A stretch of DNA of 64,000 bases from contig PHBC01000002.1 of the NCBI GenBank assembly GCA_002840505.1, positions 517,544 to 581,543 of the forward strand. Reading direction: 5' to 3'. Below the pieces are notes generated by a model, which saw only the letters and a list, made by a program, of their open reading frames with translations, did not search any database and was not told the DNA's origin. The first letter of the stretch is position 1, and each line of letters begins with the position of its first letter. This DNA is from Deltaproteobacteria bacterium HGW-Deltaproteobacteria-2. GTDB lineage: Bacteria; Desulfobacterota; Syntrophia; Syntrophales; Smithellaceae. This document shows positions 8,105 to 14,743 of the stretch, one piece after another. A program made the translations under genes and the position numbers.

Positions 8105-8593
8105 TTATGTCAGGTAGGTTTGAAGTGTTTTATAACTCTTAAAATCAGCATCAACGAAGGCGGCTCCGACATGAATGCCGTCTTCTTCATCAAACACTCT
8201 ATTGGACTCACAGGTCAACTTTATGGGCTTGTTCTCAACAGGCAAATTGAAAACAACCTCAAATCTTGAGTTTTGCTCATCAATACGGATATGTTGCTTG
8301 AAATCCTTGGGAATTAAAATTCTTACACCGCCAAGAGAAATATTTGTGATGGTTACTATTCCCATTTTTTCAAGCTCCGGTTGATTAATCACGGCTGAAA
8401 CAAAAAGATCCTTTCTCGGATAATGACGTTTTTCTTTTTCAACACTTGGAAATGCTTTCCTCTCTTTCAGGTAACTGTTCAGGACATTTTCAATCGTTGA
8501 AGATAATGACCGCCTGTCTTCTTTTGCAACTCGAGCCAGGGCTTTATGCAAAGCCTTGCTGGCACGAAAACATATGAGGCTTTCTTTTTTCAT
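8105..8593 (-). CDS. Ribbon-helix-helix (CopG/Arc-like) :: PilZ domain fusion protein; predicted c-di-GMP-responsive DNA-binding protein
   Basis: 162 aa. The N-terminus, SLICFRASKALHKALARVAKEDRRSLSSTIENVLNSYL, fits a beta-strand plus two helices of the RHH fold. The C-terminal half carries both PilZ c-di-GMP motifs: RxxxR (RHYPR) and D/NxSxxG (NISLGG). Confidence 0.8.
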   Translation of the reverse strand: MKKESLICFRASKALHKALARVAKEDRRSLSSTIENVLNSYLKERKAFPSVEKEKRHYPRKDLFVSAVINQPELEKMGIVTITNISLGGVRILIPKDFKQHIRIDEQNSRFEVVFNLPVENKPIKLTCESNRVFDEEDGIHVGAAFVDADFKSYKTLQTYLT

Positions 8594-8706
8594 GATTTAT
8601 TGCTTTCCTTATATAGCGCGTGCACGTTTATACCATACAAAATTACTATATTTAACACGAAGTCGAATTTGATTTGGGGCGGTTGTTGCCTTTTTGTATG
8701 TCACTA

Positions 8707-9831
8707 CTACTCCACAGGGTTTACGGAAATGGAAAGAGGCCACGCATAAGTTCCCGCCTGCGAAGACTCGTCAAAAACAAAACGATAGTTTAACGCTACT
8801 ACGGACGTGCCAACGATTTGACGAGTGATAATCCCGCCGTTGGGCCCGAGCGCAACTTCCCTGCCAAAACCATTCACTAGCGCTTCTTTAAAAGGCAATC
8901 CGTGAGTTTCGAAGGTCATATTAACTCCCGCCCTGCTGTTATTTTTGATTTCCAGAAGAGAACCAACATTTACATCGAGATATCCTCTTTTTATATCGGC
9001 ATCGGTTACAACGATTTCCGCCTGTTGTCTTAGCACATGCACGCTGGCCCGCGCCAGAACTCTCGCGGTCACCGATATCTGCGTACTCATCACCTGCTTA
9101 GATGACTGCGCGGCAATCGCTGCACTAATAGGCGCAAGAGACAGGGCCGCGATCAACGCCGCCGCAACAAGCTTTTCCTGTATCCTGAGGCCATGATCGA
9201 TATGGCGCTGTTTGGCATAGCCGGCTTCAACCAGCACTTCGCCGATTTTCTTTCCGCTTTCGCTTTCGTGCTGACGTTTCAGTCCGTCTTCAAGCTGTTC
9301 ATGTGTGATGTATCCGGCGGAAATAAGCAGTTCTCCCAGCATCAGACAGGAAGGAATCTTTCTTTCGCCCAGCCGGGATTGAAAGGACAAAGTGACATCT
9401 AGTTGACGCTTATCGAGGAAACCAAGGCGCACTAAAATCTCGCCCAGTTTTTCGCCTGATTTTTTCTGTTCATCAAGCGCAGTATCGAGCTGATTCTGCG
9501 TGATGCAGAAAGCCTTCAACAGCAGTTCACCCAACAAGTGACGAATGCCGGCGGCCGCCATAATCGCTTCTTTGACCGTCGAAAAATCACGCTGAATCCA
9601 CAGTACAGCATAAAGCTCAGCTTTATCCAACGCGCCAAGATCAACCAGGATATCACCCAAGAGCTTATTTGTGCGCATTTGCTCCGCAAGAGCGGCATCA
9701 AGAGCTTCAGGCTCTATAAACGCGCCATCCAGCAGAATACGTCCCAGCGGACGCTTGACAGGCAGAGAATAACGGATATTTTCCTGCAATTTCTGCTTTT
9801 CTACACCTTTGTACTTTTTTGTAACCACCAC
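8707..9831 (-). CDS. Membrane protein with three tandem MshEN-like (T2SSE_N) c-di-GMP-binding motif pairs, one TM helix and a periplasmic beta-rich domain
   Basis: 374 aa with a GTG start preceded by AAGGGGG. It has six ~24-aa LGxxLVxxGxxxxxxLxxxLxxQ motifs in three pairs. A TM helix (LVAAALIAALSLAPISAAIAA) and a ~135-aa beta-rich C-terminal domain follow. There is no ATPase domain. Confidence 0.65.
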   Translation of the reverse strand: MVVTKKYKGVEKQKLQENIRYSLPVKRPLGRILLDGAFIEPEALDAALAEQMRTNKLLGDILVDLGALDKAELYAVLWIQRDFSTVKEAIMAAAGIRHLLGELLLKAFCITQNQLDTALDEQKKSGEKLGEILVRLGFLDKRQLDVTLSFQSRLGERKIPSCLMLGELLISAGYITHEQLEDGLKRQHESESGKKIGEVLVEAGYAKQRHIDHGLRIQEKLVAAALIAALSLAPISAAIAAQSSKQVMSTQISVTARVLARASVHVLRQQAEIVVTDADIKRGYLDVNVGSLLEIKNNSRAGVNMTFETHGLPFKEALVNGFGREVALGPNGGIITRQIVGTSVVALNYRFVFDESSQAGTYAWPLSISVNPVE

Positions 9832-10407
9832 ATCGCCCCCTTTGGCTGCGATTAGTTCTGTATATCTTTACTTCTTTTTTCGATGCCATGATAAAACTAC
9901 ACTTTCAGTTTGTCAAGCATATTTTTTATAGTGTATCAATTTGTATAACAATTATCGTTTAATATCATGAATTACATAACATGTTGATTTACATTATGAA
10001 TACATTAAATTTCTAGAACTTAACATTAAGAGTAAAAAAGATATTTTTTTATAAATGAAGTAAACTGTATTACATTTCGATACAATATCGATAAAGAAAT
10101 CAATTACCATTAATCCATTTTGCTGCATCTTGAACCGAGTTTTGGTCAAACTTTACGCGGAAACGGACAAACGATCTTCAGACTGTAAAGTCCGCTTGGA
10201 AAAAGTCCTTATCATTACAACCAGTAAAATTGTAGCCAAGGATAATTTCTTAAAAGACGTGCAAATTAGACTTCCTTTTTTCATCCAAGAAGTGTATAAG
10301 TCTGAACGTTTGCACTATTTTTAGGGTACAGGACACTGTAATAAGAAGCCTGTAGCGCACAAATCAGAAGATTTAAATTACTTTCTTTGGGAAGAATAAA
10401 AGATTAC

Positions 10408-12201
10408 ATGTCGATTAACTATTTTATTGTATACAACCCCCTTACCTATAACTTGATGGATCTTTTGTCTGCCGATTCTATTACTCCCATTGATGTCATA
10501 TCCTATCTCACGGGTAAAAACGCGCATGAAATGACGTCTGAAAATTTTCTCGACTTTGTTGATTTTCAGCCGGAAAAACAGCGTGCGACCATGGTTGACG
10601 CTCTGGCTATTGAAATGTATGCCGGTGTATATATTCATAATCAATTGGCAAGGCTGGCTAAAGACCATCTAATTGTAATGGTGGATGACAAAAGGAGATA
10701 TTTTGCTCAGGTAATAAAAGAAAAAAATTGTTTACCGCGAGCCGTCTTTATTTCCGCCATGAGCTCCAGCTTTCCTGCCGCCGCCTCCATTGCTATCGCA
10801 CTGAATCACGCTAAAATACCGGTTGTTATAGGTGGAATACATGTGTCCACAATGCCAGAAGATGCGGATACATTTATTAGAAAATACTCGCCCCACCCGG
10901 AATTGATTTCAATTGTGAAAGGGGCCGGAGACTCAACCGTTATCACATCTATTCTAGATGATCTGAAAAATAATTCTCTAAAAAGCGAATACTCCGGATA
11001 CAATCTGATTGAAAACGGTGTCTGGGGAAATTTTCAGAATCTTGAGCCTTTAGAACCTCTAAAAATAAATCTCTTAAACAGGCTGCCGTTTATAAAACAC
11101 TCGCCATTGAAGGATTTTAGGATTAATCCTGTAGCTCCATCCACGGGATGTTTGTTTTCCTGTAAGTTTTGCTCAATTTCAACCCTGCCGGAAAAACAAA
11201 AAGCAGTTCAATTTCGTGATCCGGATGATTTCGTGGCAGAATTGCGTTACTATCAAAAAGAAACCGTTAATTTTAAAAACCGATATTATTTTTTTACACC
11301 GGACAATTTGTTTCCCAGCAGAAACAGTCTTATTCCTTTTTTAGAAAAAATCATAGAAAGTGATCTGCGCATCAATTATGCAGTCCAGATATCCATTGAA
11401 GTTGCGGATGATGAAGAGCTGCTTGATTTGATTCGGGCTTCCGGAGGTACTCATTTCTTTGTAGGGTTTGAATCTCTTGATATGCGCAACTTGAAGCATA
11501 TCAATAAGCACATCGTCGGAAATATAGAAAAAAGTGGAATGACAGTTTCAGAATACTATGAATCCAAAATAAAGAAGATTCATGCGCATGGCATCTCCAT
11601 ACACGCTTCTTTTATAGTGGGACTGCCCTATGACTATTATAAATCCAAAACCGATAATACCGCTGTAGATATAACAAAATTCTGTATAAAGAACAGGATT
11701 GGCGCTCAGCCAAGTACAATAGTAGATCTTCCTGGTTCTGTGTTTTTTAATGAAAGTCAGGAAAATAACCAGTTCATCTATGGAAAGAAAGGCACGATGG
11801 ATTATTTCCTGTCTTTATCCATTGCCGACCTTGCCGAAACGAACAAGATACCGCCCGACTCCCTCTACAACAGCCCCCTGGTCATCGCGTCAATGGTTTT
11901 TTATATATCAAGTAAAGTGGGCTCACCTCTAAGAGCAGTAATAAATTCTACAATAATTTTTATCAGGTCTTTTGTTCATCCTACGAAAAACGGAAAAGGA
12001 TTCCATATCTGGCAGCGTTTTATTGATTCCCTGTGCTCCGCAGTTTCCCAGACCGCTGTTGCCCTTTACAAAGAACAGGGTGATTCTTTAGTGCAATCAA
12101 AACATGGTGTCAGGGGAATCATGGAGAGGCTTTATGACGCGGAAAAAAATCCTGAAGTAAGAAAATTGTTTAAAGACTACATACACCAATTTACTGAATA
12201 A
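10408..12201 (+). CDS. B12-binding-domain radical SAM protein
   Basis: The CxxxCxxC cluster motif is CLFSCKFC. It is preceded by a Rossmann-like B12-binding-domain pattern (VFISAMSSSFPAAASIAIALNHAKIPVVIGGIHVS). The long C-terminal extension has hydrophobic helices. The track ORF starts at TTG 10387; the first ATG is at 10408. Confidence 0.8.
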   Translation: MSINYFIVYNPLTYNLMDLLSADSITPIDVISYLTGKNAHEMTSENFLDFVDFQPEKQRATMVDALAIEMYAGVYIHNQLARLAKDHLIVMVDDKRRYFAQVIKEKNCLPRAVFISAMSSSFPAAASIAIALNHAKIPVVIGGIHVSTMPEDADTFIRKYSPHPELISIVKGAGDSTVITSILDDLKNNSLKSEYSGYNLIENGVWGNFQNLEPLEPLKINLLNRLPFIKHSPLKDFRINPVAPSTGCLFSCKFCSISTLPEKQKAVQFRDPDDFVAELRYYQKETVNFKNRYYFFTPDNLFPSRNSLIPFLEKIIESDLRINYAVQISIEVADDEELLDLIRASGGTHFFVGFESLDMRNLKHINKHIVGNIEKSGMTVSEYYESKIKKIHAHGISIHASFIVGLPYDYYKSKTDNTAVDITKFCIKNRIGAQPSTIVDLPGSVFFNESQENNQFIYGKKGTMDYFLSLSIADLAETNKIPPDSLYNSPLVIASMVFYISSKVGSPLRAVINSTIIFIRSFVHPTKNGKGFHIWQRFIDSLCSAVSQTAVALYKEQGDSLVQSKHGVRGIMERLYDAEKNPEVRKLFKDYIHQFTE

Positions 12202-12414
12202 GAAAAAGACAAGATACACCGCATAGTCTCATCAAGAGAAATGTTCCCAGGCATTTTAAAAATGTATTAATTTCAACAACTTTATTAACTGAATGTTAAC
12301 CGTAATCTCTAAAAACCTGATAATTTCAATTTTCACTCTAAAAACAATCAATTCTCACTAATCAAAAAGCTATCGCAGTTGATCAATCATTGTTGATTTT
12401 TTTCATAATATCTC

Positions 12415-12443
12415 TTGACTTTAGTAGTTGTTTTACTTAAAAT
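12415..12443 (+). promoter_or_regulatory. Sigma70-type promoter for the riboswitch/minor-pilin transcript
   Basis: TTGACT (12415-12420), a 17-bp spacer, then TAAAAT (12438-12443). This places the transcription start just before the riboswitch aptamer. Confidence 0.55.
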
Positions 12444-12449
12444 ATAAGT

Positions 12450-12555
12450 GAAAGCTTGATAAAGGCAAACCGTTCTGAAAAGACGGGACGCAAAGTTACT
12501 GACCTAAGTCTTAATTGTAAGATAGGGTGGCAGAACAGCCGGGCGACTCTAATAA
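12450..12555 (+). promoter_or_regulatory. c-di-GMP-I (GEMM-I) riboswitch
   Basis: …AAAGGCAAACCGUUCUGAAAAGACGGGACGCAAAGUUACUGACCUAAGUC…GAUAGGGUGGCAGAACAGCCGGGCGACU. It matches the GEMM-I core seen in V. cholerae Vc2 (GGCAAACC-hairpin with GAAA tetraloop-GGGACGCAAAG). The second hairpin carries a tetraloop-receptor-like CCUAAG…AUAGG. The element lies ~135 nt upstream of the first minor pilin gene. Confidence 0.85.
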
Positions 12556-12688
12556 GTAGTCCTGCATATCTGCGGAATAAATCCCTAAACAATTAAAGAC
12601 AAAACGAAAAGTATTGAATGTAAACGTTTTGATATGTGTTGAAGGGAAACAGATATTTCCTTTACGCGCCTGCAAATGAGGGGACAGT

Positions 12689-13159
12689 ATGATAAGGACA
12701 AACATTCCAAAAGGTTATACGCTAGTTGAAGTCTGCATCGTAATCGCCTTGCTGGCCATCATATCGACTTTGGCTATTCCTGCCTGGCAGAACTATTCGT
12801 CCAACATCAATTTAAAAACAGCCGCAAGAGAAGTAATGTCTGATCTTCTCAACGCAAGGCAGCGGGCAATTGAAGAGAATCTCAGTACTTACCGTATCAC
12901 TTTTAATGTGGGTGAAAACAATTATACCCTTTCACGTACCGACACCGGAATTACATACTGGACAAAACCATTAACATCTTACGGAAGTGGCATTTCCATA
13001 CAGAGCGTCAACTTTAATAACGGTTCCGTAGTTAGTTTTCAAAGACGTGGAACAGTAACAATGGGAAACTTGGTCCTGACAAACCTAATAGGATCAAAGG
13101 CTACCATTACTGTCCAAATAACAGCGAGAACGTATGTACAGTATAATATGCAAAAATAA
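12689..13159 (+). CDS. Type IV minor pilin, GspH/FimT-like (prepilin N-terminal methylation domain)
   Basis: MIRTNIPKG/YTLVEVCIVIALLAIISTLAIPAW shows a class III signal peptide with Glu at +5 and a hydrophobic alpha1-N helix. An RBS GAGGGGA lies upstream. Confidence 0.75.
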   Translation: MIRTNIPKGYTLVEVCIVIALLAIISTLAIPAWQNYSSNINLKTAAREVMSDLLNARQRAIEENLSTYRITFNVGENNYTLSRTDTGITYWTKPLTSYGSGISIQSVNFNNGSVVSFQRRGTVTMGNLVLTNLIGSKATITVQITARTYVQYNMQK

Positions 13160-13574
13160 TAAGGGAATATCACTGGTTGAATCAATCATTTCCGTCCTGC
13201 TCGTTTCCATAGGACTGATTGCTTTCATGTCTCTGCAACCAACTTCTTGGAAAACCAGCGCTCGTACCGATTATCTCGGACGAGCAATTATGGTACTCAA
13301 TAATGAGATTATGACCCAGGAACTTTGGATCATGAACCCCTGCAATACCGTAACGACGGGAACGGTCGATAAAGTTTTATATTCCAGCGACCAGCAAACG
13401 GCTCAGTCGGGCGATGTAAGTTTTAATGTTCAAACGGTTACAAGTGCCGTTTCCGGCAGTGCAAATACATGGAAAGTTACAGTAACGGTAACTTGGCCGC
13501 CTTTGAGTACACGGGGCATTACAGATAATATGATAGTCACCAGACAGGAATCTTTTCGTTTTGGATGTATATGA
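13134..13574 (+). CDS. pilV: Type IV minor pilin, PilV-like
   Basis: …NNKG/ISLVESIISVLLVSIGLIAFMSLQ is a prepilin motif. Size and position after the FimT-like gene fit PilV. Confidence 0.65.
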   Translation: MYSIICKNNKGISLVESIISVLLVSIGLIAFMSLQPTSWKTSARTDYLGRAIMVLNNEIMTQELWIMNPCNTVTTGTVDKVLYSSDQQTAQSGDVSFNVQTVTSAVSGSANTWKVTVTVTWPPLSTRGITDNMIVTRQESFRFGCI

Positions 13575-14263
13575 AAAATCATAAAGGCTATACATTAGTG
13601 GAAGTTTTAATTGCGCTTGCTTTGGGTGTTATAATCCTCTCCGCCATTTATTCATTGGTAAACATGGGGCAGAAGTCTACCTACAATATTGAGAGAAGAG
13701 TGGCGGCTCATCAGGATGTCCGTACCGCTCTGGAAATGATGTCCATGGAAATTCAGATGGCCTCTTACAATCCAAGACCCGACTATGAAGGCAGTAACTT
13801 CTGGGTATCTTCCGGGAGCTGCACTGCTTCCACTAATCAGATATATAAAGGTATTCAGACAGCGACAGATTCTTCCATCACCATCGAGATGAATCTCGAC
13901 GGAAGCGCCAGTATAGGCGATTCTATCAATGAGGTAATCAACTATACTTACGATTCTAACAACCAATACATCAGCCGTTCGACGAATTGTACAGGAGGTA
14001 ATCAGCCTTTTTTAGGAGATGTACCGGGCAATCTCCGGGCGGTTCGCGTAATTAATACCAGTGCAGTCCCGGTTTTCCGTTACTTTAATGCACTGGGAGC
14101 CGAAATAGCAGCCTCGTCATTACCGGCAGGAATTCCGAACGTTGCCAGAATAGACATTACTCTATGGGTAGAGACGGAAAATGCCGATTTGAATACAGGA
14201 CAAAGAAAAAAGTCATTTTATTCTACAAGTATAATTCCGAGGAACCATGTTATCATTAAATAA
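13565..14263 (+). CDS. pilW: Type IV minor pilin, PilW-like
   Basis: MKNHKG/YTLVEVLIALALGVIILSAIYSLV is a prepilin motif. The ~230-aa size and gene order fit PilW. Confidence 0.65.
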   Translation: MYMKNHKGYTLVEVLIALALGVIILSAIYSLVNMGQKSTYNIERRVAAHQDVRTALEMMSMEIQMASYNPRPDYEGSNFWVSSGSCTASTNQIYKGIQTATDSSITIEMNLDGSASIGDSINEVINYTYDSNNQYISRSTNCTGGNQPFLGDVPGNLRAVRVINTSAVPVFRYFNALGAEIAASSLPAGIPNVARIDITLWVETENADLNTGQRKKSFYSTSIIPRNHVIIK

Positions 14264-14732
14264 AATAAAAGACGTTTTAAATACGAAACATCAAGGTGGT
14301 TTTTCTCTAGTTGTAGCACTTCTTGCTATCTTGATCCTTATGGGATTAGGTTTTCTGGCCATTTCCGTCACGACAAATGATCTTCAGATTACCACCAGAA
14401 TCGTCGGAGAAAAGAAGGCATTGATTGCGGCTGAAGCAGGCATTAACATGCTTTCACATAGTTTCGCACCGGATACTTCATCTAGTGTAAGCGGACATGT
14501 GGTTGATTCCTCCGACCCGGCGTCAATTTATTCGATCAGTAATGCGACTCGTCCGACTTCTGGCGCTGATACACTGCCATTAAAAGGCTACGCAATTGGA
14601 GGAGGCCAGCAATGGGGACAGATGCTTTTTAATGTCCGGGTAACTGGTGAAAACACCTATTATGGAAGCCAGGTACAAATAGATGTGGGAATGGGCTACG
14701 GCCCTGTTGAGATAACCACCATGTTTAGATAA
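14247..14732 (+). CDS. pilX: PilX-like minor pilin / pilus assembly protein
   Basis: …HQGG/FSLVVALLAILILMGLGFLAISVTTNDLQITTR resembles the PilX N-terminal domain pattern. The gene precedes pilY1. Confidence 0.6.
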   Translation: MLSLNKIKDVLNTKHQGGFSLVVALLAILILMGLGFLAISVTTNDLQITTRIVGEKKALIAAEAGINMLSHSFAPDTSSSVSGHVVDSSDPASIYSISNATRPTSGADTLPLKGYAIGGGQQWGQMLFNVRVTGENTYYGSQVQIDVGMGYGPVEITTMFR

Positions 14733-14743
14733 GGGGGGCTTTT

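Noticed and set aside
10130-10324. 64-aa ORF just upstream of the radical SAM gene as a RiPP precursor peptide
   Set aside because: It has a non-ATG start and no RBS. There is no Cys/Ser/Thr-rich or Gly-Gly-type core, and no peptidase or transporter genes are nearby. The region is AT-rich promoter-like DNA.
9832-10386. Possible second c-di-GMP riboswitch or other structured RNA in the 550-bp spacer (for example ACGGACAAACGATCTTCAGACTGTAAAGTCCGC) and the small palindrome TCGATA-CAA-TATCGA at 10077-10091
   Set aside because: The sequence lacks the GGCAAACC…GGGACGCAAAG core of GEMM-I and the features of GEMM-II. Short AT-rich palindromes of this size are expected by chance in this composition.
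10408-12201. Radical SAM protein as the missing activase of the glycyl radical enzyme
   Set aside because: It has a B12-binding-type N-terminal domain, an internal cluster motif and a ~600-aa size. Glycyl-radical activases are small, with the CxxxCxxC near the N-terminus. It is also 8 kb away on the opposite strand, in a different gene context.
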